From NCBI GenBank assembly GCA_030833725.1, contig JAURGP010000005.1:298-64297 (forward strand): 64,000 nucleotides of DNA. The letters run 5' to 3'. Shown in pieces: positions 36,918-47,040 of this stretch. Origin of the DNA: Candidatus Kapaibacterium sp. (GTDB lineage Bacteria > Bacteroidota > Ignavibacteria > Kapaibacteriales > Kapaibacteriaceae). Every line of letters begins with the position of its first letter. Positions within the stretch are counted from its first letter, which is position 1. The notes under the pieces were generated by a model. That model worked only from the letters and a program-made list of their open reading frames with translations, did no database searches and had not been told where the DNA came from. Made by a program: the position numbers and the translations under genes.

Positions 36918-37931
36918 ATGTCGATCCTTATCACCGGCGGGGCAGGCTTTATCGGGAGTAACCTAGTTCGCATGATGCGGGCGCAGGGGTACGGCCCATT
37001 GGTTGTGCTTGATGCGCTGACCTATGCCGGCAATCTTCGCAATCTAGAGGGGATGATAGATCAGAATCAGTGCGTCTTCGTGCGTGGCTCGATTACCGAT
37101 CGCGATCTCGTGCGTAAGGTGATCGCAGAACACAAGGTCGACATCATCCTGCACCTTGCCGCAGAATCGCATGTTGACCGATCCATTGCCTCGGCCACGC
37201 CCTTCATCGATACCAACGTTGGCGGTACGACCGTCCTGTTGGAGGCTGCCCGCGACCTCTCTGTGCGCCGGTTCGTTCACGTCTCCACCGATGAAGTCTA
37301 CGGCGACGTCCCACTGGATGCCGAACCCTATGCCGAGGACCAGCCACTACGACCATCATCACCGTATGCCGCTTCCAAAGCTGCGTCAGATCTTGTCGTA
37401 CAGGCCTTCGTACGTACGTACGGTCTTGATGCCATCATCACCCGCTGCACGAACAACTACGGCCCCTACCAGTTCCCGGAGAAGTTCATTCCTCTCATGA
37501 TCGTCAACGCCATGGAAGCCAGATCGCTGCCGATCTACGGCGATGGCAAGCAACGTCGGGACTGGATCCACGTGGACGACCACTGTGCAGGAATTCTCGC
37601 CGCGATGAACCGTGGTCGATCCGCAGAGGTGTACCATTTTGGTGGTGCAAGCGAGCTTGAAAACGTGGAGCTGGCTACCGAGATCATCCGGCAGGTAGGG
37701 GGCTCGCCTTCACTCCTGCAGTACGTTGCCGATCGGCCCGGTCACGATCGTCGGTATGCACTGGCCATCACCAAGGCACGTCAGGAACTGGGCTGGACGC
37801 CGCAGGTGGCCTTCTCTACCGGACTTACCGCCACCATTGCATGGTATCGGGAGCACTCCGAATGGAGTGCTGCCGTGCGAGATGGCAGTTACCGATCGTA
37901 CTACGAACATCATTATCAGTCGACGTTTTAG
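36918..37931 (+). CDS. rfbB: dTDP-glucose 4,6-dehydratase
   Basis: TGGAGFIGS, DALTYAGN, AAESHVDRSI, STDEVYG, YAASK, NNYGPYQFPEK, DRPGHDRRY. Confidence 0.96.
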   Translation: MSILITGGAGFIGSNLVRMMRAQGYGPLVVLDALTYAGNLRNLEGMIDQNQCVFVRGSITDRDLVRKVIAEHKVDIILHLAAESHVDRSIASATPFIDTNVGGTTVLLEAARDLSVRRFVHVSTDEVYGDVPLDAEPYAEDQPLRPSSPYAASKAASDLVVQAFVRTYGLDAIITRCTNNYGPYQFPEKFIPLMIVNAMEARSLPIYGDGKQRRDWIHVDDHCAGILAAMNRGRSAEVYHFGGASELENVELATEIIRQVGGSPSLLQYVADRPGHDRRYALAITKARQELGWTPQVAFSTGLTATIAWYREHSEWSAAVRDGSYRSYYEHHYQSTF

Positions 37932-37940
37932 GAAGACGAC

Positions 37941-39305
37941 ATGCCAACGAAGAAGAAAGTCGCTACCACATCGAATACAGCCTCAAAGCGCAAGCTGCTG
38001 CGGTCCATCACTGACGGAACCTGTCGAGTCGGCGTCGTAGGCTTGGGCTACGTTGGCTTGCCGTTGGCTCTGGAGTTTGCCAAAGCCGGTGTGGCAACCC
38101 TTGGAGTTGATGTGGACTCCCGCAAGGTGAGTTCCCTGCAGAAGGGTAAGAACTACATCCAGGACCTGAGTTCGGCCGAGATCCGTGCTGTCGTCAAGAG
38201 TGGCGCACTCTCGGCTACGACTGATTTCAATGAGCTGGGCACATGTGATGTGATCTACATCTGTGTACCCACGCCCTTTACCGACAATAAAGATCCGGAC
38301 ATCTCCCACATCGTGGCTGCTACGACGGCCATTGCCGGCATCCTGCGCAAGGGCCATCTGGTGATCCTCAAGAGTACGACGTTTCCAGGTACAACGGACT
38401 CGTATGTTCAACCCCTGTTAGACGCAACGTCGCTGCGATGCGGCACGGACTACTTCCTAGCCTTCTCTCCAGAACGCATCGACCCGGGAAATCAGAAGTG
38501 GAACACGTCGAACACGCCCGTGGTGGTTGGGGGTGTGACTCCGGCCTGTACCGAGGTAGCTGTGGCGATCAACAAGCGCATCATCTCGGAAGTGGTCGCC
38601 GTATCGTCTCCGCGCGTAGCAGAGATGGAGAAGCTGCTGGAGAATATTTTTCGCAGTGTCAACATTGCCTTGGTTAATGAGCTGGCCCAGCTCTGTGATC
38701 GAATTGGTGTGAATATCTGGGAAGTGGTAGATGCAGCATCAACCAAGCCGTTTGGTTTCATGCCCTTTTATCCGGGTCCGGGTATTGGCGGACACTGCAT
38801 TCTCATCGACCCATATTACCTGAGCTGGATGGCGCGCGAAAAGGACTTCGTCACCAACTTCGTGACCCTTGCTGCCGAGGTCAATGAGTCGATGCCGTTC
38901 TATGTGCGCTCGATGATCGAGCGCGAAGTAGCCAAGCAGCCAATCGCGATGAAGGATGCCAAGGTTCTCCTGCTCGGGATGGCCTTCAAGCGCGACGTGG
39001 ACGATCTTCGACATTCGCCAGCGTTGAAGGTCGCGGAGTTGCTCTTCGACGACGGATTTCGCCATGTGTCGTACCACGATCCGTTCATTCCGAAGGTTCA
39101 GGTTGCTGGCAGAACGCTGGCGTCCAAGAAGAATCTGACTCCCGCCGATGTCCGGAAACACGACATCGTGGTCATCACCACCGATCACACATCCTTTGAT
39201 TACGAGATGATCGCCGCCAATGCCAAGGTGGTGATCGACACCCGGAATGCCACGCGAAACGTCGCCTCACGCAAGAACATCGTGCTGCTCGGAGATGGCC
39301 TATGA
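37941..39305 (+). CDS. UDP-N-acetylhexosamine 6-dehydrogenase (WbpA/WecC-like)
   Basis: GLGYVGLP, CVPTP, STTFPGTT, FSPERIDPG, KLLENIFR, GPGIGGHC. Confidence 0.93.
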   Translation: MPTKKKVATTSNTASKRKLLRSITDGTCRVGVVGLGYVGLPLALEFAKAGVATLGVDVDSRKVSSLQKGKNYIQDLSSAEIRAVVKSGALSATTDFNELGTCDVIYICVPTPFTDNKDPDISHIVAATTAIAGILRKGHLVILKSTTFPGTTDSYVQPLLDATSLRCGTDYFLAFSPERIDPGNQKWNTSNTPVVVGGVTPACTEVAVAINKRIISEVVAVSSPRVAEMEKLLENIFRSVNIALVNELAQLCDRIGVNIWEVVDAASTKPFGFMPFYPGPGIGGHCILIDPYYLSWMAREKDFVTNFVTLAAEVNESMPFYVRSMIEREVAKQPIAMKDAKVLLLGMAFKRDVDDLRHSPALKVAELLFDDGFRHVSYHDPFIPKVQVAGRTLASKKNLTPADVRKHDIVVITTDHTSFDYEMIAANAKVVIDTRNATRNVASRKNIVLLGDGL

Positions 39306-40399
39306 TCAGCAGGATCAAGGTGCTGTCAGTGGTTGGTGCTCGGCCAAACTTCATGAAGGTTGCACCGATCCATCGAGCCATGCTCGAGGCTGCGGACCTG
39401 TTCGAGCATCACATCGTCCATACCGGTCAGCACTACGACCAACGGATGAGTGATGCCTTCTTTGCCGACCTCGACATGCCGCATCCATCGTGGTTTCTCG
39501 GCGTGGGGTCGGGTAGCCATGCCCAACAGACAGCGCGAGTGATGACGGGCTTTGAGGAGGTGTGCCAGCAGGCACAACCAGACTACGTGATTGTCGTTGG
39601 GGATGTCAACAGCACAATTGCCTGTGCTCTGGTTAGCGTGAAGATGGGCATACGCACAGGGCACGTAGAAGCCGGTTTGCGCTCAAACGACCGGGCGATG
39701 CCAGAAGAAATCAACCGATTGGCGACGGATGCCATTGTCGACGACCTGTTTGTGACCGAGCAGTCCGGCTATGATAACCTCGTGCGCGAAGGCGTAGCCC
39801 CCTCCCGAATTCACTTCGTGGGCAACACGATGATCGACTCGCTGCACGTTGCCTTGCCACGGTCGCGTCAGTCGCCGATTCTTGCTACACTGGGTGTGCA
39901 ACCACAGTCGTACCTGCTGGTAACCCTTCATCGTCCCAGCAATGTGGATGATCGTCAACAGCTTACCGCGCTGATGGAAACGATGGCGCATCTGTCGTCA
40001 GAAGTGCCGGTAGTGTTTCCTGTGCATCCCCGCACTCGGCAGCACCTCTCTCACTGGGACATTGCCTGTCCGGACGGCGTCATCATGATCGATCCCGTGG
40101 GTTACATCGACTTCGTGGCGTTGGTTCAGGGGGCTCGATGTGTGGTGACCGATAGTGGTGGCATTCAGGAAGAAACAACGGCCCTGGGTATCCCGTGTGT
40201 GACGGCGCGGACCAGTACCGAGCGTCCATCCACGGTAGAATTAGGTACCAATGTCTTGGTTCATCCGGAACAGCATGCAATCCTGCATGCCGTGGCTACC
40301 ATCCTGCATGGCGGGGCAAAGCGGGGAACGGTTCCGCCCCTGTGGGACGGCCACGCAGCCGAACGGATTGTGGGCGTCCTGCGCTCTCACTATTCGTAA
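39302..40399 (+). CDS. wecB: UDP-N-acetylglucosamine 2-epimerase (non-hydrolysing)
   Basis: VGARPNFMK, HTGQHYD, GDVNST, HVEAGLRS, PEEINR, TDSGGIQEE. Confidence 0.95.
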   Translation: MISRIKVLSVVGARPNFMKVAPIHRAMLEAADLFEHHIVHTGQHYDQRMSDAFFADLDMPHPSWFLGVGSGSHAQQTARVMTGFEEVCQQAQPDYVIVVGDVNSTIACALVSVKMGIRTGHVEAGLRSNDRAMPEEINRLATDAIVDDLFVTEQSGYDNLVREGVAPSRIHFVGNTMIDSLHVALPRSRQSPILATLGVQPQSYLLVTLHRPSNVDDRQQLTALMETMAHLSSEVPVVFPVHPRTRQHLSHWDIACPDGVIMIDPVGYIDFVALVQGARCVVTDSGGIQEETTALGIPCVTARTSTERPSTVELGTNVLVHPEQHAILHAVATILHGGAKRGTVPPLWDGHAAERIVGVLRSHYS

Positions 40400-40457
40400 T
40401 TTTGACATCGCGATTTTCAATAGGATGCTCATGCACTCACGATGTGAGCCGTACACC

Positions 40458-42176
40458 ATGCGGTGCGTCGCCCTCGTACTTCTTCTGCTCACCGTAATCG
40501 TGCCCGTTTCATGGGGTCAGGCAACGGGTTCCGTCCTCGATCTCGACCGGGCCTCGATGCTGCGTCAAAACACGACGCTGGGCGCGTTGCTGTCAGCCGA
40601 ACCCATCCCGACGGATGATGCCGTAGATCCTACGGTGTACCGCGTAGGTCCCGGTGATGTCCTCTCGTATCAGACGACTGGCCTCGACTTCTCCGAGAAG
40701 ATGGTGATGGTCACTCCCGAGAACACACTCCTCTTAGAGCGCTACGGGATGATTTCCGTCGCCGGTCAGACGCTCGATGAGGTGCGATCAGCCATCATTC
40801 AACGCGTTCAACAACAGGCTCCAGGCATAGAAATCTTCGTCACACTGCGCAAGCCTCGATTGGTGTACGTTACCCTCAAAGGGAATGTGACCTTTCCGGG
40901 TACCTATGCCGTACCGGCATCGATGCGGGTGTCCACGCTGCTGGCCGTGACGCGTCAGCCGTGGCTCCTCCGCCGTGATGGTTCGCCAAGCGACGATCTT
41001 CGTCGAATGGGAGCTTCCACAGCATTTCAGGCTGCCACCAATGAGCTTGCCCGTGCTGTTCGGCCGGATTTGACGCCATATGCCATGCGCAATATCGTTG
41101 TCCGACACCGCCAAGGCGTCTCACTCGTCGATCTGGCGTTGTCGTCGCTCCCTGGTGGTGCTCGGTTCGATCCGCACCTACGAGAAGGTGACGTCGTGAC
41201 CGTACCATTCGACAGCGAGGAGGTTCCAACGATTTCCGTCTCCGGAGCCGTCGTGAGCCCAACAACTCTGGCATACAAGGTGGGTGATCGAGCGTCGCTC
41301 CTGCTAGCCGTGGCTGGTGGCCCTCTTCAGGATGCTGACCTAGATCGTGTACTCCTTGTACAGTCCAGTGGTGGGGGGGCGCAGACGCTCGTGGTTGATT
41401 CTACGTTGACGATTGAGGGAGCTGATGTTCCGCTCGAGCCGGGCGCCAGTATCATCGTAGAACGACGGGCCTACGCCGGTGAACCAGTGCGTCAGGGTGT
41501 GGTAGAAGTGTACGGCGAGGTGGCCCGTCCTGGCACGGTGGTTATTGAGCCCGGAGTTACACGGTTGGCGGAAGCGGTGCGCCTTGCAGGAGGCCCTGAT
41601 GCCAATGCCTCCCTAGCCTTGAGTTACGTCGTGCGGCCAGAGATGACGGTGCCATCAGAGCGTGAACTGGAAGATCGAGGAAATCGACGATTCATGTACT
41701 CCGATTTGACCTTGGAAGACACGCTTCGCTACCGCATGGATCAGATGTATCGTCTGCCGTTTGTGTCCTGCAACGTTGAAGCAGCATTGCGCGATACGTC
41801 CGGATCCAACAACATCACACTACAGCACGGTGATATCATCGTGATTGAGGATACGCCGTCGCGCGTGTACGTGTATGGACAGGTACACCGCCCAGGCTTT
41901 GTCACGTTTTCCCCGGGCAAGACGCTCCGCTGGTACGTAGAACGTGCCGGAGGATTTGGTACCGGTGCTGAGACGTCGCGTGCACGAGTGATCAAGGGAC
42001 GATCCAACGTATGGGTCGAAGACCGGGATGCCATCGTAGAGCCCGGGGATGAAATCTACGTGCCACGTCCGCCCGATATCCCGGCCTCGGTGGAGATCCA
42101 GACCTACGCTGCCGTAGCTGCCATTGCCTCGGCCATTGCTCTGTTGGCTACCACGTTCATCACGATTTTCCGATAG
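40458..42176 (+). CDS. Polysaccharide export protein with multiple SLBB domains (Wza/KpsD-like)
   Basis: Signal peptide, YRVGPGDVL, repeated V.G.V..PG motifs, C-terminal EPGDEIYVP plus helix; TAATTTTG box at 40397-40404. Confidence 0.88.
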   Translation: MRCVALVLLLLTVIVPVSWGQATGSVLDLDRASMLRQNTTLGALLSAEPIPTDDAVDPTVYRVGPGDVLSYQTTGLDFSEKMVMVTPENTLLLERYGMISVAGQTLDEVRSAIIQRVQQQAPGIEIFVTLRKPRLVYVTLKGNVTFPGTYAVPASMRVSTLLAVTRQPWLLRRDGSPSDDLRRMGASTAFQAATNELARAVRPDLTPYAMRNIVVRHRQGVSLVDLALSSLPGGARFDPHLREGDVVTVPFDSEEVPTISVSGAVVSPTTLAYKVGDRASLLLAVAGGPLQDADLDRVLLVQSSGGGAQTLVVDSTLTIEGADVPLEPGASIIVERRAYAGEPVRQGVVEVYGEVARPGTVVIEPGVTRLAEAVRLAGGPDANASLALSYVVRPEMTVPSERELEDRGNRRFMYSDLTLEDTLRYRMDQMYRLPFVSCNVEAALRDTSGSNNITLQHGDIIVIEDTPSRVYVYGQVHRPGFVTFSPGKTLRWYVERAGGFGTGAETSRARVIKGRSNVWVEDRDAIVEPGDEIYVPRPPDIPASVEIQTYAAVAAIASAIALLATTFITIFR

Positions 42177-42181
42177 CGGGA

Positions 42182-43402
42182 ATGCCGGAGCCCCTTACCA
42201 TCGGCTTCGTCCTCCTCACCATCGCCGTGGTGGGAATCGTCTTTCCACACGTAGTCTATCCCGTGACACTGCGTTTGATTGTGGTGCTGCGTGATCTTCT
42301 GAAAACAAACAAGCACGACGCGGTCGATGAGAGGATGTCGTGGAGCGAGCTACCGCGCGTTGACATTCTTCTCTCGGCCTACAATGAAGAGGCCGTGATT
42401 GCCCGGTGTTTGTCGTCGATTGCCAGCAGCGACTATCCTCACCAGCAGATGCGCCTGCTCATCGGCGACGATGGAAGCACGGACCAGACGGTCGACGTCG
42501 TGCGCACGTGGGCTGCAGAGCATGCAGATCTGCCGTGCGAGGTAACTGTGTTGCCGCGATCGGGTAAGAACGCTGTCGTGGCTACGCTTACCGAAAAGAT
42601 CTCCGCACCCATCGTGGTGTACACGGACGCGGATGCCCAGTGGTTTCCCAACAGCCTGCGAGCCATCGTGGCTCCGTTGGCCGATCCCGAAGTCGGTGCT
42701 AGCATCGGAAGGAGTCGCTACGATGTGCCGTCAGAAGATGCGATGCCGCCGTCGGCGCGTCTGGATGCGGTAGCCAGTGAAGTTTCCTACCGAAAACTCG
42801 AAGAGGTTGTTCATACGATGGAGGGACAGATTGCCTCCACGATCGCTTCCTACGGTGCCTTGTTCGCACTTCGCACCACGCATGCTCATGCGATACGGGA
42901 TAGTCGTGTGGCCGACGATTGGGTGAACGTGCTACGCTGTGTGGCGGCGGGCGATCGTGTAGCCTATGCCTACGATGCGGCCACGATCGAGCTTCGCAGT
43001 ACGAGTTTGGGTGGGGAAGTACGCCGAACAATTCGTACGGCAGCTGCCGGGATGTCTACCGTGTGGCAGTACCGTAAGCTGCTGCTACCGCGTGCTGGAT
43101 GGTTCGCCTACTTCCTCTGGGGACATAAGGTTGTTCGGTGGCTCAGTCCCGTCTTTCTTGTGGTCCTCATCGTTGCGTTACCGTTTCTGCTGAGCGATCC
43201 ACTTGTCTTCGGCGTGGTATTCTACGGCCAGGCCGTCCTGTATGCCGTTGCTCTGCTCGGCTACGCTCTTGCCCGTCAAGGACAGCATCTGCCTCTAATT
43301 TCACAAGCAACGTACTTCGTTGCCATGAACTGGGCCTTCGCCGCAGCGTGGTGGCGCGTGGTTCGACGGACATCCATGGATCGTTGGACACCAGAGGCCT
43401 AG
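42182..43402 (+). CDS. Glycosyltransferase family 2, membrane-bound
   Basis: SAYNEE, DDGSTD, GKN, TDAD, ADD, HKVVRW. Confidence 0.9.
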   Translation: MPEPLTIGFVLLTIAVVGIVFPHVVYPVTLRLIVVLRDLLKTNKHDAVDERMSWSELPRVDILLSAYNEEAVIARCLSSIASSDYPHQQMRLLIGDDGSTDQTVDVVRTWAAEHADLPCEVTVLPRSGKNAVVATLTEKISAPIVVYTDADAQWFPNSLRAIVAPLADPEVGASIGRSRYDVPSEDAMPPSARLDAVASEVSYRKLEEVVHTMEGQIASTIASYGALFALRTTHAHAIRDSRVADDWVNVLRCVAAGDRVAYAYDAATIELRSTSLGGEVRRTIRTAAAGMSTVWQYRKLLLPRAGWFAYFLWGHKVVRWLSPVFLVVLIVALPFLLSDPLVFGVVFYGQAVLYAVALLGYALARQGQHLPLISQATYFVAMNWAFAAAWWRVVRRTSMDRWTPEA

Positions 43403-43406
43403 ACGC

Positions 43407-44888
43407 ATGAACGAGACCACCCATACCACGGCGCGCAAGGTGCTCTCCGGAGGAGTGTCGCTCCTGGCTTCCCAGGGCATCTCCATGGTGCTGTTCTTTT
43501 TGGCGCAGCGTCTGATTCTCTCCGAGCTGACCAAGGAGCAGAACGGTGTTCTGATGTCGGAGCGTCGGATCGTTGACCTCCTCATGTTGGCCTTCGTTGA
43601 CTTCGGCATGAACTCAGTGGTGATGCGACGGGCCATTGATCAACCCGACCGTGCTCGTGCAGTACTATCCTCAGCTGCCGGCCTACGATTGTTGCTGTGG
43701 CTGGCATCGTTCATGCTTGTGGTAGGGTATAGCTTGCTCGCCGACGTACACATGATACATGTGGTGATCTGGGCGACGTATCTGTTGATCACGGCACGGA
43801 CAGGATTACTTCGCTACAACTACGAGCTGTCTGCGCGGTCGCAGTTAGCCTTTGGTGCGCCTACCATTGCCTCGGTATTGGATGCGATCTGTTTTGCCGC
43901 GTTGATGTGGTGGCAGCAGTCAGAGCTCACGCCTACGGTCATCATGGGCTCCTACCTCGCAGCGAGTATACCTGGATTCGTGATGATGGTGGTTGTCGAT
44001 CGCGGTCGATCAATCCGCTGGTCGTGGATGGAAGCCGCAGAGATGAAGACCATTCTCCGGGAGGCTTTGCCGGTGTTTGTTGCCTTCGGCCTTCTGAACC
44101 TCCACGACAAGATCGACGTGGTTCTTCTCACGTGGTTGAGCACTGAGGTCCAGGTTGGCATTTACGGAGCGGCCTATGTGACGCTCTCTCCACTTACGGG
44201 TACGATTCCGCTGGCGGCGTCGATGGTGATGGTGCCCGTGATCGCTCGTTACGCAGCATCGGATATGGCACGGTGTGAAACCTTTGCTGTTGCCGGTCTT
44301 CGTTTGCTTACGGCATCGGCAGCGATTTTGTCGTCCGTCCTGACGGCCTTGGCACCCTTGATCATCTGGCTGATCAGCAAGAATCGCTACGCCGACAACG
44401 TTGCGGAGTATGTTCTCTTTCTGTGGATGCCCCTGCCCATCTTTCTGCTGGTCTATATCCAGGAAGTGCAGGTGGCTCTTGGGCGACAACGCAGGAATCT
44501 GCCCATTGCCATATTGTTGGCAGGAGGCAGCCTCCTGGCTGGGGCAGTGCTGATCCCGCTTTTCGAGGCACAGCACCTTGCGGCGTTTGGTGCCATCTCG
44601 GCACGCATGATCGTAACCATCGCAGGAGCCGGCGTAGCTGTCTGGGTACTGCGCCGCGTGTTTCCACAGCGCTTGCAGGCTCGCACCATTAGTGCACTGT
44701 TGATCGTAGGAGTGGGGTCGGCAGCGATCGCCGTTGGCAGTGCCATGTATCTCTCCAGTGTGTGGGCATCCGTCGTTGCGGGAGGTTGCTCCGTGGCACT
44801 GGTGTTTGGCACCCGCCTGCTCACGTGGGCAGATGTGCAGACGGTCTATGCAGTAGTGCGTTCACGAACAGCATCTCAACCTGCATGA
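43407..44888 (+). CDS. Oligosaccharide flippase (Wzx/MOP family)
   Basis: Many TM helices, DFGMN, KIDVVLL, VGIYGAA; sits in the polysaccharide cluster. Confidence 0.85.
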   Translation: MNETTHTTARKVLSGGVSLLASQGISMVLFFLAQRLILSELTKEQNGVLMSERRIVDLLMLAFVDFGMNSVVMRRAIDQPDRARAVLSSAAGLRLLLWLASFMLVVGYSLLADVHMIHVVIWATYLLITARTGLLRYNYELSARSQLAFGAPTIASVLDAICFAALMWWQQSELTPTVIMGSYLAASIPGFVMMVVVDRGRSIRWSWMEAAEMKTILREALPVFVAFGLLNLHDKIDVVLLTWLSTEVQVGIYGAAYVTLSPLTGTIPLAASMVMVPVIARYAASDMARCETFAVAGLRLLTASAAILSSVLTALAPLIIWLISKNRYADNVAEYVLFLWMPLPIFLLVYIQEVQVALGRQRRNLPIAILLAGGSLLAGAVLIPLFEAQHLAAFGAISARMIVTIAGAGVAVWVLRRVFPQRLQARTISALLIVGVGSAAIAVGSAMYLSSVWASVVAGGCSVALVFGTRLLTWADVQTVYAVVRSRTASQPA

Positions 44889-46324
44889 GTACACACTCCA
44901 CATCCAGCGGCCTTTCACGGCTGGCGAAACCACGGATACTACAAATCAGTGCCGATACGATTGCCGTGGTAGGGGGCTTTGCACTGTATCAATGGCTTCG
45001 TGTTGTCCTGCTTGGCGAGGTGCGCACGTTTAGTGTTTCTGAGCACATGGTGGTAACAGCGGTGGTGACCACGTACTGGTACATCTGGTTCTGGCTCGGT
45101 GGCCTGTACCGCGATATGTACGTGCGTTCGCCGTTCGAAGAATTCTTTCGCGTTGTGCGACAGACGTTTGTCGGGTCGGCAGTCTTCTTCCTGCTCATCT
45201 ACATGTCCAGCAATGAAGCGTACCAGGAGAATCCTCGCGCGGTGTTCGCCCTGTACTGGATCCTTATCACGGTCTTGGTTGGCAGTGGTCGGTTGATTGC
45301 CCGGGCGATTCAACGATGGCTGCGGGAGTCGAGTTGGGTGCGCATCCCTGCCGTGGTGGTGGGCTCTCCGGAACGTATCAGGGATCTGCTCGCGGAGTTG
45401 CGTCGTATGCCAGCTCTCGGATACCATGTCGTAGGTGTGATTCCCATTGGTACGTCTACCGAGATATCTAACACAGAGGAGTGGTTTGGATCGGTCCCAG
45501 TCTTGGGACCCGTCGAGGAGCTCTCTGCGATTCTGCAGCGTCACGAGCCAAAGGATGTCCTCATTTCCGTTGAGCACTCCAACCATGCGGAGCTGCTGGC
45601 TCTGGTGGCCCGCTGTGCAGAGCGCAGTCGTCGGGTGAAAATCGTACCGGATATGTACGAAATCGTGTCGGGACAGGTTCGCGTGTACCAGCTCTACGGC
45701 GCTCCGTTGATTGATGTCTATCCGGAGCTGATGCAGCCGTGGGAAGCCGTTGCCAAGCGCACGCTGGACATTCTCGTTAGCCTAGCCATTCTGGTGATCG
45801 GCTCACCGGTATGGCTGCTGACGGCGCTGGTGGTGAAGGTGTCGTCCACCGGCCCCATCTTTTTCCGCCAGGAGCGTGTTGGTCGTGATGGCAGCGTGTT
45901 TGTGATGGCCAAATTCCGTTCGATGTACACCCACATGGAGCATGATCGGTCGTGGGTACGAGATGGGGACCCGCGCGTCACACCTGTTGGCAAGTTCCTG
46001 CGCAAGTCACATCTCGACGAGATTCCGCAACTGTGGAATGTCCTGCGTGGGGATATGTCGCTGGTGGGTCCGCGCCCCGAGCAGCCACTGTACGTCGAGA
46101 AGTTCACGGCGATGTTGCCGTATTACGGTCGTCGACACAGTGTTCGTCCAGGTGTGACTGGTTGGTGGCAGGTAATGGCGCGGTCGAATCCCGAAAGCAA
46201 GGAGGAGATTGAGAGCCGCTTGCGCTATGATTTCTTCTACATCGAAAACATGAGCTTCAAGTTGGACCTCGAAATCCTTGTACGAACAGTTTTTGTCATG
46301 TTCCAGGGGCATGGACGCGCGTGA
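44885..46324 (+). CDS. Undecaprenyl-phosphate sugar phosphotransferase (WcaJ/WbaP-like priming PGT)
   Basis: KRTLDI, FFRQERVG, KFRSM, DPRVT, LDEIPQLWNVLRGDMSLVGPRPE, PGVTGWWQV. Confidence 0.95.
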   Translation: MSTHSTSSGLSRLAKPRILQISADTIAVVGGFALYQWLRVVLLGEVRTFSVSEHMVVTAVVTTYWYIWFWLGGLYRDMYVRSPFEEFFRVVRQTFVGSAVFFLLIYMSSNEAYQENPRAVFALYWILITVLVGSGRLIARAIQRWLRESSWVRIPAVVVGSPERIRDLLAELRRMPALGYHVVGVIPIGTSTEISNTEEWFGSVPVLGPVEELSAILQRHEPKDVLISVEHSNHAELLALVARCAERSRRVKIVPDMYEIVSGQVRVYQLYGAPLIDVYPELMQPWEAVAKRTLDILVSLAILVIGSPVWLLTALVVKVSSTGPIFFRQERVGRDGSVFVMAKFRSMYTHMEHDRSWVRDGDPRVTPVGKFLRKSHLDEIPQLWNVLRGDMSLVGPRPEQPLYVEKFTAMLPYYGRRHSVRPGVTGWWQVMARSNPESKEEIESRLRYDFFYIENMSFKLDLEILVRTVFVMFQGHGRA

Positions 46325-47040
46325 AAAGCCTTCTCTGCATACCAACGTACAATGAGCGGGAGAACATCCTGCGCATGATTGATGCCGTCCATGGTGTGTC
46401 GGCACAACTTCACATCCTGATCATCGACGATGGATCTCCCGATGGCACTGCCGGATTGGTTCGTAGCCGACAGGAGACAGATCCGCGCCTCCACCTGATT
46501 GAACGAGAGGGGAAACTTGGACTGGGCACAGCCTACTGCAGGGGCTTTGCCTTTGCCATCGAACAGAACTACGATGTTGTTCTCCAGATGGATGCCGATT
46601 TCTCCCACGACCCCCAAGACCTTCCACGGATGTTCGAGGCCATTGAGAATAACGATGTCGTTATCGGCTCGCGCTATATCTCTGGAGTGAACGTGATCAA
46701 TTGGCCGATGAGCCGGCTGTTGTTGAGCTGGTTTGCTAACCTCTACACCCGTGTCATTACTGGTATGCCGATCGCCGATGCGACCGGTGGTTTCAAGTGT
46801 TTTCGCATCGACGTCCTACGCAAGATTGATCTAACGCGCATCAAGTCGAATGGTTATGCCTTTCAGATTGAGATGAACTACCGGGCATGGCGCCGTGGAG
46901 CGCGCATGAAGGAGATTCCAATCATTTTCACGGATCGTGTCAGTGGCGTCTCGAAGATGAGCAAGAATATCGTCTATGAGGCAGCGTTTCTGGTGTGGAA
47001 ACTGAAGCTGGCAACCCTGTTCTCCTTTGGCAGGAACTAG
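46321..47040 (+). CDS. Polyprenol monophosphomannose synthase (Dpm1/Ppm1-like GT2)
   Basis: IPTYNERENI, DDGSPDGT, KLGLGTAY, MDADFSH, IGSRY, DATGGFK, GYAFQIE; GTG start. Confidence 0.92.
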   Translation: MKSLLCIPTYNERENILRMIDAVHGVSAQLHILIIDDGSPDGTAGLVRSRQETDPRLHLIEREGKLGLGTAYCRGFAFAIEQNYDVVLQMDADFSHDPQDLPRMFEAIENNDVVIGSRYISGVNVINWPMSRLLLSWFANLYTRVITGMPIADATGGFKCFRIDVLRKIDLTRIKSNGYAFQIEMNYRAWRRGARMKEIPIIFTDRVSGVSKMSKNIVYEAAFLVWKLKLATLFSFGRN